A DNA stretch of 64,000 bases, from contig JACPCR010000051.1 in the NCBI GenBank assembly GCA_016179685.1, positions 137,965 to 201,964 on the forward strand. The letters run 5' to 3'. The position numbers were made by a program, and so were the translations under genes. Below, in pieces: positions 18,053 to 27,735 of the stretch. Origin of the DNA: Planctomycetota bacterium (GTDB lineage: Bacteria; Planctomycetota; PUPC01; JACPCR01). The notes beneath the pieces were generated by a model. The model had not been told where the DNA came from. It did no database searches and worked only from the letters and a program-made list of their open reading frames with translations. Position 1 is the stretch's first letter, and the number at the start of each line of letters is the position of its first letter.

Positions 18053-20419
18053 TCAATCGAGCCGGGCCATCCGGTGTCGGGAGCGGAATTCGGCCTGCTT
18101 GGAGCGATTCCACTCGCTGGTCCGGCTGAAGTAGTCCGCGATGCGGGTCAGCGCGGTTACGGAGGCGGAGTCGCACTGGGAGCATCGTTCCCGGGGCCCG
18201 CGCACGGTGCTCCGGCAGTCGGGGCAGAAAGTGAACGTGGGCGTGAAAGCGACCTGAGAGACGAGGGATTCCCGGTAAGCCTTCTGGAGGACCTGGAAAA
18301 TCTCGTCGCCGCGCGGAGGCGGGTCCGACACGAACGCCTGAGTCAAGGCGTGGACTGGAATCCAGGGATGGAACTGCCCCTCGATCCTCCACCGTTCGGA
18401 AAAGGGCACAGCGGAGTCCGCGCGGATTTTGACTCCGTTGGTGTAATAGGCCTCGTCGGCGTCGGGATCGCCCCGCACAAACTCGGCAGCGAGGGGGAAC
18501 GACTTGTAATCCACAAAGGCCAGTCTTCGGGCCGCATTCTCGGAAGGCGTTTCCTCGAGACAGAGACGGATACCCCGGTCCTCCTCGTGCTGGCGGGCGC
18601 GCTCCTGAACGCGTTCCAGGATGCGGCTGGCCAGCGTCTGGGCCTCGCGGCCGGCATGCAACTCCTGCCCGGCCGCGCAGGCGAGACACTCGTTCAGTCC
18701 CATGAGCCCCAGCGTGCAGGGCGCGTGCAGAAGGTTCAGATAAACGTTGCCATCGCGGACGGTCCGGCCGAGCTGCCAGAGCGGAAGCCGGGACGAGGCG
18801 GCGAGCCGGCCGAGAAACTTGCGCTTCTGGAGGTGAGCGAGCACGGCCCGGTCTACGGACCGGTCCACCTCGCGAAGGGTCTCCTCGAACCGGCCGCCGC
18901 CGGCCCGGTAAGCGGCCTGCGGCAGGTTGAGGGTGACGCTCTGGAGGGCGGCCTGCCGCAGGCTCTCGAGCCGGCTGATCGGCAAGAAAGGCGTCAGAGG
19001 CAGCCGCAGGGGCGGGCCGAAGCGTGAGGACTCTTCGCGGTCGAAGACGAACACGGGGACGCCGTTGTGAGCGGCCAGCTCGGCCGCGAGATAGAGCAGG
19101 GACCTGGCCGGCGGCTCCCGGAAACATTCGGCCATGACGTGGAAGTCGCACTTGGGGAAGCAGAAGATGCCGCCGTACTGATCACCCTGCGACCAGACCT
19201 GAAGGAGAGCGCGGGCCATCCGCTGCGCCGCCTCGCGGTAGCTTCCGTAAGGCCGGCCCGTGGGCTTGCCGCCCGGCCCGATCGCCTCGAGGGGCCGCAG
19301 GATGCCCGGCACGTCCGGGTAGATGTTGAGGTCAACGAACAGGGTCTGCCCCCCGCGGGAGAAGGCATGCTGGGCGCCGTCGAAGAGGATGCGCTGCGCT
19401 TCCTGGTACAGCTCGCGCTCGGAAAGGTCCTCGATGAACGGGGCGTACAGCACGTTGAGGAACTCGATGCCTTGGGGCCCCGCGGCGTACGACTGCATGG
19501 CCCCCAGAAACGTGTAAAGCTGGGACGTCAAACTCGAGGGATGCCGGGCCGGCGCGGACGAAACGTCGATCGTCTCCAGCACCAGGCCGTATCGCTTCAA
19601 GAACTCCAGGGAATGCGTCGCCATGTAGATGCGCGTCGGATAACCCAGGTCGTGCACGTGGATCATCCCCGACAGGTGCGCCTCCGATACCTCGGCCGAA
19701 AAGACCTCGTCCAGCGCATATTGCTTGAGCGTGTGCTCGGCAATCGCCAGGTTGATCGCTTCCGGGTTGTTCGTGACGACCTTGTGGTTCGTCTTGCCGC
19801 GGGCAAAAAGGATTTGATCCAGGTCAAACTTCGGTATCCCGATCACCGCCTGCTTCTCCAGCGTGGCCGAGAGACCCCGGCTGAACAGCTCGTTGTCCAC
19901 CAGCTCGCGGATCAGCGAGGTGGAAACCTGCGTCAGGCCCGACGAGAAAATCTTCTGCTCCACGGCTGCCGCAATCTCGCGGGCCACCGTGGGATCGAGC
20001 TGCGCCTCCACCTCCAGCGCCAACACGATCTTCTCGCGGTCCCACGCGGCCATCTCCTCGCGCGTGCCGGGCGATACCTTCACGGCCGCGCCCTCGACAC
20101 CCGCCGGCTTGCGCACCCGCAGACTGTTCCGAATCTGCGTGCGCCGCTCCCGGTACAGAATGTAGGCCTTGGCCGTCTGAACGTGCCCGGTCTCCATGAG
20201 CACCTTCTCGACGAGGTCCTGAATCTGCTCGATGTGCGGCGGCGTGCCGTCGCTGCCCTTCTCAAGAAACAACGTCACCGCTTCCGCCAGCTCCTCCGCC
20301 ACGAACCGGCTCTCCCCGCCCGCCGCCTGAGCCGCCCTGTAGACCGCGTCGGCGATCTTGGTCTGATCAAAGGGGACAGCCCTCCCGTCCCGCTTGAGAA
20401 CCGTCTGGAACTTCGCCAA
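18053..20419 (-). CDS. nrdD: Class III anaerobic ribonucleotide reductase homolog with two ATP cones, catalytic residues apparently lost
   Basis: ATP cone VLKRDGRAVPFDQTKI, second cone WDREKIVLAL..TSLIRELV, IHVHDL, SRGGQTLF, VTLNLP, YYTN, CxxC-x10-CxxC, WNRSKQAEFRSR. Glycyl motif reads RIADYF. Confidence 0.9.
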   Translation of the reverse strand: MAKFQTVLKRDGRAVPFDQTKIADAVYRAAQAAGGESRFVAEELAEAVTLFLEKGSDGTPPHIEQIQDLVEKVLMETGHVQTAKAYILYRERRTQIRNSLRVRKPAGVEGAAVKVSPGTREEMAAWDREKIVLALEVEAQLDPTVAREIAAAVEQKIFSSGLTQVSTSLIRELVDNELFSRGLSATLEKQAVIGIPKFDLDQILFARGKTNHKVVTNNPEAINLAIAEHTLKQYALDEVFSAEVSEAHLSGMIHVHDLGYPTRIYMATHSLEFLKRYGLVLETIDVSSAPARHPSSLTSQLYTFLGAMQSYAAGPQGIEFLNVLYAPFIEDLSERELYQEAQRILFDGAQHAFSRGGQTLFVDLNIYPDVPGILRPLEAIGPGGKPTGRPYGSYREAAQRMARALLQVWSQGDQYGGIFCFPKCDFHVMAECFREPPARSLLYLAAELAAHNGVPVFVFDREESSRFGPPLRLPLTPFLPISRLESLRQAALQSVTLNLPQAAYRAGGGRFEETLREVDRSVDRAVLAHLQKRKFLGRLAASSRLPLWQLGRTVRDGNVYLNLLHAPCTLGLMGLNECLACAAGQELHAGREAQTLASRILERVQERARQHEEDRGIRLCLEETPSENAARRLAFVDYKSFPLAAEFVRGDPDADEAYYTNGVKIRADSAVPFSERWRIEGQFHPWIPVHALTQAFVSDPPPRGDEIFQVLQKAYRESLVSQVAFTPTFTFCPDCRSTVRGPRERCSQCDSASVTALTRIADYFSRTSEWNRSKQAEFRSRHRMARLD

Positions 20420-20424
20420 CCTCT

Positions 20425-20883
20425 CTATCCCTTCTGTGCCAGAAGCCTGCGCAGCTCATCTGCGAAATCGCTGACGTCCTTGAACTCCCGGTAAACCGAT
20501 GCAAAGCGAACGTAAGCCACCGGGTCGGTCTGCTGGAGGTGTTTCATGACCTCCTCGCCAATGAACTTGGTGGGCACTTCCTTCTCGAACCGCTCGCTGC
20601 ATTCCTTTTCGATCTCGCCGACGATGCGTTCGAGGGCTTCCACGGAGACCGGGCGCTTCTCGCACGCCTTCAGAAGCCCATCGAGGACCTTCTGCCTGCT
20701 GAACGGCGCCCTTCGGCCGTCCTTCTTGATGACCCGGAGAGTGGACTGCGCGGCCCGCTCATACGTGGTATAACGTCGGCCGCAGGCGAGACACTCGCGG
20801 CGCCTCCGAATCTCGTTCTCGCCCGCGGATTCACGAGAATCGACGACCTTGTCGGCGTTGGCCTTGCAGAAAGGACATTTCAT
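20425..20883 (-). CDS. nrdR: Transcriptional repressor NrdR
   Basis: MKCPFC..VVDSR..IRRRRECLAC..RYTTYE Zn ribbon, ATP cone VIKKDGRR, DPVAYVRFASVYREFKD. Confidence 0.98.
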   Translation of the reverse strand: MKCPFCKANADKVVDSRESAGENEIRRRRECLACGRRYTTYERAAQSTLRVIKKDGRRAPFSRQKVLDGLLKACEKRPVSVEALERIVGEIEKECSERFEKEVPTKFIGEEVMKHLQQTDPVAYVRFASVYREFKDVSDFADELRRLLAQKG

Positions 20884-20927
20884 ACGGAAGACTCGGTGTG
20901 GAGAAGCAGGGCCCACAATCGAGGCTC

Positions 20928-20955
20928 ATTATAGGAAGCACCGACGCCCTTGCAA
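20928..20955 (-). promoter_or_regulatory. Putative sigma70 promoter of the nrdR operon
   Basis: On the minus strand TTGCAA (20955-20950), 16-bp spacer, perfect TATAAT (20933-20928), about 45 bp upstream of the nrdR ATG. Confidence 0.6.
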
Positions 20956-21059
20956 TGACGAGTGATCCAGGCCACCAGCAATCTCGCCTCCGCCGTGATA
21001 GATTACCATCCATCGCCGTACCGCCTTGATCATCGCATCGGCCGTTCCTCTCTCGCACC

Positions 21060-23357
21060 ATGAATTTTCTCAAACGGCATCCGACGATTCCCCTTTCCGT
21101 CCTGATCCTCATCGGGGGCACTCTCATGATCCGGGTCGCTTTCCACAGCAGCGGAACGTTCGGAGGCACGGCCAATGGCGACGAGATTCCTCACGCACGC
21201 AAGCCCATCCCGCCGCCGGAAGAGCTGGCAAAGCTCCCGAAGGACGGCGGCCCGGAATATAACCGGCTCGTGTTCGAAAAAAGCCCTTACCTCCTCCAGC
21301 ACGCGGGCAATCCCGTCGATTGGTATCCGTGGGGCGATGAGGCGTTCGAGAAGGCCCGGCAGGAGAACAAGCCCATTTTCCTTTCCATCGGCTATACCAC
21401 ATGCCACTGGTGTCACGTCATGGAGCATGAGTCCTTCGAGGATGAAGAGGTAGCCCGCCTCATGAACCAGCATTTCGTCTGCATCAAGGTGGACCGGGAG
21501 GAGCGGCCCGACATCGATCAGGTCTACATGACCGTGACGCAGGCCATGACCGGTTCCGGGGGCTGGCCGATGACCGTCGTGATGACGCCCGACAGGAAGC
21601 CTTTCTTCACCGGCACCTATTTTCCCAAGGAAGGACGCATGGGCATGCGGGGTATGCTCCAGCTTCTTCCCGCCCTGGCCCGGGCATGGAGCGGGGAACG
21701 GGAGAAGGTCCTCCAGGCCGCAGACCACGTGGCTTCCGCTCTTTCCCAGTGGACCCGCGGCGCCCCCGGTGGGGGCCTCCATCCGGCCACGCTCGATACG
21801 GCCTTCCGGCAACTCGAGGCCCGCTACGATCCCGAGCGCGGCGGCTTCAGCCGAGCCCCGAAATTTCCGGTGCCCCACAACCTCTCCTTCCTCCTGCGCT
21901 ACGGGAAGCGCACCGGGAATCCGAAAGCGCTCGAGATGGTAGAAAAAACCCTCGCCGCCTTGCGCCTCGGCGGCGTCTACGATCAGATCGGCTTCGGCAC
22001 GCACCGGTACTCGACCGACCCCGTCTGGCTCGTCCCGCACTTCGAGAAAATGCTTTACGATCAGGCTCTGCTGGCCATCGCCAACCTCGAGGCCTGGCAG
22101 GCCACGGGGAAGAAATTCTATGCCCGGACCGCCCGCGAAATCTTCGACTACGTGCTGCGCGAGATGACCTCGCCCGAGGGAGGCTTCTACAGCGCCGAGG
22201 ACGCCGACAGCGAAGGTGAAGAGGGCAAATACTATCTCTGGACTCCCCAGGAAGTTGTCCAGGTCCTCGGTGAGGAGAACGGCAAGCTGTTCAACCGCGT
22301 CTTCCATATCGTCGAGGGGGGCAATTTCAAGGAGGAAGCGAGCGGCCGGAAGGGGGCCCGCAGCATCCCTCACCTCGTGAAACCCATCCCCGATATCGCA
22401 CGAGACCTCCAATGGGCCGAGGACGAGTTGCAGAAACGGCTCGAAGAAAGTCGCCAAAAGCTTCTCGCAGCCAGGGAAAAACGGGTCCACCCGCAGAAGG
22501 ATGACAAGGTTCTCACGGACTGGAATGGCCTGATGATCGCCGCGCTGGCGCTGGGGGGGCGCACCTTGGAGGATGCCCCGTACACCGCGGCCGCGGAGAA
22601 GGCGGCGAACTTCGTGCTCTCGAAGCTCCGTCGGAATGATGGCCGGCTGCTCAAGCGTTATCGTCAGAACGAGGCCGCCCTGCCCGCCCACCTCGAGGAC
22701 TACGCCTTCATGGTCTGGGGCCTCTTCGAGCTTTATCAAAGCACCTTTGACGTGCGTTACCTCCGGGAAGCCATCTCACTGAACAACCTCATGCTCAAAC
22801 ATTTCTGGGACCCGCAGGACGGCGGTCTGTTCCAGACTGCCGACGACGGGGAAAAGCTTCTGGTGCGCAGCAAGGACATCTACGATGGGGCCATCCCTTC
22901 AGGCAACTCCGTCGCCGCCTTGAACCTGGTGCGGTTGGGCCGCCTGACGGCGAATCCGGACTACGAGAAGAACGCCGAAGGCATCATGAAAGCCTTCTCC
23001 GATGGCGTGGACCGGCAGGCCTCCGGCCATACGCAACTCCTGATAGCCCTTGAATTCATCGAAGGCAGGTCTTACGAGATCGTCATCGCCGGCGACCCCG
23101 AAAGGGAGGACACCCGGGCGGCGCTCCGTGCCCTCTGGAGACCCTTTCTACCCGGCAAGGTCGTCCTCCTCCGGCCGGACGGTGACGCTTCCGCCATCAC
23201 GGACATCGCTCCGTACGCCAAATCGCAGCAAAGCATACAAGGCGCGGCAACGGCGTACGTCTGCCAAAACTTCGCGTGTAAACTCCCTACGACGGATATC
23301 CAGGAGATGCTGAGGTTTCTTGGAGTTGGCAGTGAAGTCTCACCCCAAGAGAAGTAG
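21060..23357 (+). CDS. YyaL/SSP411-family protein (DUF255 thioredoxin + (alpha/alpha)6 barrel) with N-terminal signal/anchor
   Basis: [80 protein letters not shown]. Confidence 0.95.
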   Translation: MNFLKRHPTIPLSVLILIGGTLMIRVAFHSSGTFGGTANGDEIPHARKPIPPPEELAKLPKDGGPEYNRLVFEKSPYLLQHAGNPVDWYPWGDEAFEKARQENKPIFLSIGYTTCHWCHVMEHESFEDEEVARLMNQHFVCIKVDREERPDIDQVYMTVTQAMTGSGGWPMTVVMTPDRKPFFTGTYFPKEGRMGMRGMLQLLPALARAWSGEREKVLQAADHVASALSQWTRGAPGGGLHPATLDTAFRQLEARYDPERGGFSRAPKFPVPHNLSFLLRYGKRTGNPKALEMVEKTLAALRLGGVYDQIGFGTHRYSTDPVWLVPHFEKMLYDQALLAIANLEAWQATGKKFYARTAREIFDYVLREMTSPEGGFYSAEDADSEGEEGKYYLWTPQEVVQVLGEENGKLFNRVFHIVEGGNFKEEASGRKGARSIPHLVKPIPDIARDLQWAEDELQKRLEESRQKLLAAREKRVHPQKDDKVLTDWNGLMIAALALGGRTLEDAPYTAAAEKAANFVLSKLRRNDGRLLKRYRQNEAALPAHLEDYAFMVWGLFELYQSTFDVRYLREAISLNNLMLKHFWDPQDGGLFQTADDGEKLLVRSKDIYDGAIPSGNSVAALNLVRLGRLTANPDYEKNAEGIMKAFSDGVDRQASGHTQLLIALEFIEGRSYEIVIAGDPEREDTRAALRALWRPFLPGKVVLLRPDGDASAITDIAPYAKSQQSIQGAATAYVCQNFACKLPTTDIQEMLRFLGVGSEVSPQEK

Positions 23358-23581
23358 CCTTCACCTGTATCCTGATCTTTTCAGAGATGTATCTGGTCTG
23401 AGGTGTCAGTAAGAACTTAGTGAAAAAAACGAATTGCCTCTTGATCAACGGCCCCAAATCGAAGATCCCTTTGGGAGGGGCGAAATAACATAGCCCAGGC
23501 CAAGTCCGCCCCTGGCGGACGCCGGCCTGGGTAGAGTGACAAGCTGGATTGGGTCGCACGCAGAGTAGGACAAGCTCTTTG

Positions 23582-23718
23582 GCTAAACATTCACTCAAAG
23601 GACGACGGAAAGATCTGCGCCCTTCCTTGCCATATCGGCGGCGCCGGTGAGTTCCATCGTTCGCCGGACGGTTGCCGCCGTCCAGGCCGGCGCCGCTCAG
23701 ATCGCGGCCCGCTGGGAT
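23582..23718 (+). mobile_element. attC-like site plus an adjacent attC right-half remnant
   Basis: GCTAAAC..ACTCA (from 23582) pairs with TGAGT..GTTCGCC (to 23665). Then gccggcgccgctcagatcgcggcccgctggg, homologous to the 25162-25196 attC end. Confidence 0.5.
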
Positions 23719-23825
23719 CGGAGAGGCAATCACGGTGAGTAACCACGGGATACGACAGATGGTCGTGGCGCTGGCTGTATTCGCGTGCAACATCGACGAC
23801 CTCCTTGCCGATGAGAGTATGAATC

Positions 23826-25001
23826 GTGCCCAAAGACAAGGTTGCTGAAGCGGTCTCTTGGCTGGGAACGGAAGCCCATCGGATTATTCGAGCTTCCGAG
23901 CGTGAAATGAAGGACGGAACGGCGGCCTTCCCCCCGCAGGCAGGGATCGGTTATGACGCGTTCTGGCTGCGGGATTACGAGTATACCCTGGAAGGGTCAA
24001 TCACCTCCTATTCCGACAAGGAACTTGTCGACGCCTGCAGCCTTTTCATACGGAGCATGAACTCGGATGGCGCGGGCGTCGACTGCGTGAAATACGACGG
24101 CACCCCGATCTACAAGCCTGGCTTTGGCTCCATGGGTGAAAACCCCGTTGCCGATGGCAGTCAGTTCACAGTCGGGGTCGCCTTCCATACGTATCGAAGG
24201 ACCAAGAGTGCGAAGCTCCTCGGCGAGATTCTGGACCCTCTCGTCAAAACGATGAAGGCGCTGCCGCGGAACAGCGAGACCGGACTGGTGCACATCGATG
24301 CCTCTCGGGACTGGGACCGCTGCCCGTACGGTTTTACGGACACGATTCGCAAACAGGGCGATGAGCTGTTCTGTTCGCTGCTCTTCGTGCAGGCTGGACG
24401 CCAATTGTCGAGCCTCTTACGGGCGGGACATCGGGAGGACGAGTCGCGCCAATGGAAGGAGGAAGCAGATCGGGTTGCCGCGGGCATTCGCAAGGTGTTC
24501 TGGGATGGCGATACCGGGCTGTTCCGGGCGGCAACCGTAAAATGCCGCGAGCATGACGTCTGGGGGTCATCTTTTGCCGTCTTCCTGGGGGTGGCGGATT
24601 CGGCCCAATCCCATGCCATCGCACGCTACTTCAAAACGCACTACGACGCCATCGTCCTGAATGGCCAGGTTCGGCATCTGCCGGCTGGTGTCTACTGGGA
24701 ACAGGGCTGCGCCCGTGACCAATATCAGAATGGGGGCTTCTGGGCTACCCCTGCCGGGTGGTTCGTCTATACCTTGGACCTTGCTGACCCTATGCTTGCT
24801 GACCGGAGCGTTCTGGACATGGTGAATCATTTCAAAAAGCATGGCGCGTGTGAATGGATCATCGGTGAGCGGCGGCAGTTGCCGGACTATTTGGCGAGCG
24901 CCGCATTGCCGTTGGATGGAATTCGAGCCATGCTTGAGCGCAGGCAGAAGGCACAACCCCTCAAGAATCCCAACGCCGCGGATGCAGGCGACTCGCAATA
25001 G
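23826..25001 (+). CDS. Six-hairpin (alpha/alpha)6 glycosidase-like protein, N-terminus probably separated by a frameshift
   Basis: YDAFWLRDY, YGFTDT, FWD..GLF, YQNGGFW motifs. Signal-peptide-like ORF from GTG 23735 lies one base out of frame. Confidence 0.75.
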   Translation: MPKDKVAEAVSWLGTEAHRIIRASEREMKDGTAAFPPQAGIGYDAFWLRDYEYTLEGSITSYSDKELVDACSLFIRSMNSDGAGVDCVKYDGTPIYKPGFGSMGENPVADGSQFTVGVAFHTYRRTKSAKLLGEILDPLVKTMKALPRNSETGLVHIDASRDWDRCPYGFTDTIRKQGDELFCSLLFVQAGRQLSSLLRAGHREDESRQWKEEADRVAAGIRKVFWDGDTGLFRAATVKCREHDVWGSSFAVFLGVADSAQSHAIARYFKTHYDAIVLNGQVRHLPAGVYWEQGCARDQYQNGGFWATPAGWFVYTLDLADPMLADRSVLDMVNHFKKHGACEWIIGERRQLPDYLASAALPLDGIRAMLERRQKAQPLKNPNAADAGDSQ

Positions 25002-25196
25002 CTCGCGCCTGATCCGCGGCCTCCGCCGGACGGCCGCCGCCGTCCGGCGGACGAGCCGCGATCTGCTTCGCCAGGGAGTGGTTCGGCGGCATCCGCCGCC
25101 GAACCACTCCCTGGAGCGGACACCGGCCTTGCCGTCCGTAAGCAGCCCTGCTGCCGTCAAAGCCGGCGCCGCTCAGCTTGCTGCGGCCCGTTAGAC
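24967..25196 (+). mobile_element. Degenerate attC, two perfect hairpins and a near-complete attC site
   Basis: cccaac..gcggatgcaggcga..tcgcgcctgatccgc (about 24969-25020), 13-bp IR 25022-25051, 20-bp IR 25071-25114, GCCGAAC (25098)..ctggagcgg..ccgctcag..GTTAGAC (25190-25196). Confidence 0.65.
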
Positions 25197-25210
25197 CACC
25201 AGGGTGTTCT

Positions 25211-25909
25211 GTGCCAGTATTCGCCCATCTTGCCTCGGAGCGCAACATCGCGTCGATCCGCCGCAGCGGGATCGGCCTGCGGAAGCGGCGGTATCGGCCC
25301 CGAGGAGTGTACGCCCTGCCGGTGACGCGGAACTTCTACGTCTCGCATCAGTGGCTCCGGGAACTGAAACGCGCGGGCGGCGGGACCATCGCCGGGGTTT
25401 ACTTCCGCATCCCGGACGACGAGGCGGCCGAAGTCGGCCGTTACAACTGCCCCCCTGTGACCATGACCGCTGCTGAAGCCGTTGCTCTCCTGATCGCTCT
25501 TGAACAGCGCGGTCCCACTGGACAGAGGATTTGGCTCGAGTCAACCACGACACTCTGGCGCGGCCAACGATTGCTGTCCTCTCCGGAAGGCTATGAGATC
25601 ACCTGCCCGTGCGAGATTGAGTCGTCCTCGCCGGAAGGCTGTGAGGTCATCATCCCGCGCAAGATTGAGCGGTCCGAAATCATCCGCGTCAGGTCGCTGC
25701 CGCAGGTGGTAGGCTGGCGGTACAGCCCGCGTGCGCACGGCCAACCGCCGTATTCCGACCTCTCCCGTGAACGCGGACAGTACGGGATTCGCAGGTTGGT
25801 GCGAAGAGTCGAAGAGGCCAAGGCGGGGGGCAGGCCCACGAAAATCTTCATATCCGGCCGTAAGCAGGATTCCTTCCGCCGTGTTAAGCGTCCACGTCAG
25901 CAGCGCTGA
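25211..25909 (+). CDS. Hypothetical cassette-borne protein
   Basis: GTG 25211 lies 14 bp after GTTAGAC and the stop is followed within 7 bp by GCCGAAC. Motifs FAHL..NIASIRRSGI, RGVYALPV..FYVSHQWLREL, PQVVGWRY. Confidence 0.7.
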   Translation: MPVFAHLASERNIASIRRSGIGLRKRRYRPRGVYALPVTRNFYVSHQWLRELKRAGGGTIAGVYFRIPDDEAAEVGRYNCPPVTMTAAEAVALLIALEQRGPTGQRIWLESTTTLWRGQRLLSSPEGYEITCPCEIESSSPEGCEVIIPRKIERSEIIRVRSLPQVVGWRYSPRAHGQPPYSDLSRERGQYGIRRLVRRVEEAKAGGRPTKIFISGRKQDSFRRVKRPRQQR

Positions 25910-25915
25910 TGGAGG

Positions 25916-25993
25916 GCCGAACAAGGTGCTGCAACGGACGGGACCGGCATTATGGCTTCTCGTGGAGTGAGGTCCTTGCAGCCGGACCCTGTT
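25916..25993 (+). mobile_element. Truncated attC-like site
   Basis: GCCGAACaaggtgctgcaacggacgggaccggc..gccggaccc. The left arm and stem are present but the R' box is eroded. Confidence 0.55.
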
Positions 25994-26318
25994 GAAAGAT
26001 AATCCTCCCAGGCGTGCTCAGAGAATATGAGCTTCACGCCATCAGCTCCCGTTCAGTCCCCCCACCGGATTCCGGTTCAGCGATGGACTACCAGGAGCCT
26101 GTGAACATTCTTGGGGCTGCGGAAGAGATAGCCGGTTTCTGCGGGGGCCTGATCGTCCTCGAGGGACATCATCACGACAGATCGCTGTGATTTGCTGGTT
26201 TTCTCCGCGCTTTCCGTGTTCTCCGTGGTTCACACCGATTTTGTTTCTCTCTGTCGCAACGAAGCGAGTCCCCAAGCTTCGTAAATCACGCTCTGATCAA
26301 ACTTGGAGAAAAGGTCCG

Positions 26319-27731
26319 ATGATAACTCAGAGCTTCACGGATTTTCGTAGCGAAGCCTGCAAGTTTATCCCCGTGGGGGGCTTCGCCTACGTTCGCCAAT
26401 GGCTTTTTCCCATTCTTGTGCTCTGTTTTCTGTTGCCGCCATCGGCTCAGGCCCTGGAGGAGGCCAGAGAGGCCGAAGCTCAACGCTACTGGCCCCAGTG
26501 GCGCGGGCCTTTCGGTAGCGGCGTCGCGCCGGAGGCCGATCCGCCCATCGAGTGGAGCGAGACGAAGAATATCCGCTGGAAACTGGCTCTCCCGGGCAGG
26601 GGGCACTCCACTCCCATCCTCTGGGGCGACCGAATCTTCGTCACGACGGCCGTCCCTTACGGAGACGCTTTGCCCTCCCAATACAGCGGCGCCCCTGGCG
26701 GCCATGATGAGCTTCCCATCACCCATCGCCACAAGTTCATCGTCCTCGCTCTGAATCGTCACGATGGAAAGGTTCTCTGGGAAAAAACCGTGCGCGAGGA
26801 TCTCCCGCATCAGGGCGGACATTACACCGCAAGCCTGGCGTCCGCTTCCCCCGTCACCGATGGCCAGATGCTCTTCGCTTTCTTCGGATCGTGGGGGCTC
26901 TACGGTCTGGACTTGAATGGGGAACTGAAGTGGCAAGCCGACTTCGGCAAAATGCTCACGCTCCATGGACACGGCGAGGGCAGTTCGCCTGCGCTTTACC
27001 GAGATACCCTCATCATCAACTGGGACCACGAGGGCCAGTCGTTCGTCGTCGCCTTCGACAAGTGGACTGGCAAAGAGTTATGGAAGGCCGAACGCGAAGG
27101 AGGCACGTCGTGGACCACGCCCATCGTGGTGGAACATGGGGGCAAGCCACAGGTCATCATCAGCGGCTCGAAGCGTGTGCAGGGGTACGACCTGGCCACT
27201 GGCGCACTCTTATGGGAATGCCGCGGCCTGTCCGTAGAGAACGTGGTTTCCTCGCCCGTGGCCGGCGGCGGCATGGTCTATGCCGGCAGCAGCTATGATC
27301 GCCAGGCGCTTCTGGCCATTCGTCTGGACGGCGCCCGAGGTGACATCACGGAGAGCGAACGCGTGGCCTGGAAAAGGACACGAGGAGCCCCGTACGTTCC
27401 CTCGCTCCTCCTCTATGGCGACTCGCTCTACTTTCACCACCATTACCAGGGCATTCTGACTCGTGTCGATGCCCGCACGGGCGAAGACCGGCCCGGCGCC
27501 TTTCGGCTGAACGGCATCGGCAGGGTGTTTGCCTCGCCGGTGGCCGCGGCCGGCCGCGTGTACGTCACTGATCTCGATGGCGCAACGGCCGTGTTGAGCC
27601 ACGCGGACAAGCCCGAAGTGCGGGCGCTGAACCGGCTCGACGAAAGCTTCAGCGCCTCAGCCGCGGTCGTCGGCCGTGAGCTCTACCTTCGCGGGGAGAA
27701 GCACCTCTATTGCATCGCTGAAAACGATTGA
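26319..27731 (+). CDS. Exported PQQ-binding-like (BamB-like) beta-propeller protein
   Basis: Signal peptide ending SAQA, WPQWRGP, GHSTPI, ASASPVTDG, SWTTP, FASPV, FSASA, LYCI. Confidence 0.9.
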   Translation: MITQSFTDFRSEACKFIPVGGFAYVRQWLFPILVLCFLLPPSAQALEEAREAEAQRYWPQWRGPFGSGVAPEADPPIEWSETKNIRWKLALPGRGHSTPILWGDRIFVTTAVPYGDALPSQYSGAPGGHDELPITHRHKFIVLALNRHDGKVLWEKTVREDLPHQGGHYTASLASASPVTDGQMLFAFFGSWGLYGLDLNGELKWQADFGKMLTLHGHGEGSSPALYRDTLIINWDHEGQSFVVAFDKWTGKELWKAEREGGTSWTTPIVVEHGGKPQVIISGSKRVQGYDLATGALLWECRGLSVENVVSSPVAGGGMVYAGSSYDRQALLAIRLDGARGDITESERVAWKRTRGAPYVPSLLLYGDSLYFHHHYQGILTRVDARTGEDRPGAFRLNGIGRVFASPVAAAGRVYVTDLDGATAVLSHADKPEVRALNRLDESFSASAAVVGRELYLRGEKHLYCIAEND

Positions 27732-27735
27732 CGCC

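Noticed and set aside
20884-21059. NrdR box upstream of nrdR/nrdD
   Set aside because: No convincing match to the acaCwAtATaTwGtg palindrome by eye. A PWM scan would be needed to exclude weak sites.
23820-23822. In-frame TGA upstream of the glycosidase-like ORF as selenocysteine or readthrough
   Set aside because: The upstream sequence in that frame has no start or RBS, while a one-base frameshift explains the leader better.
26319-27731. bamB or PQQ dehydrogenase call
   Set aside because: No lipobox or bam context and no dehydrogenase motifs. It belongs to the expanded generic WPQWRGP propeller family.
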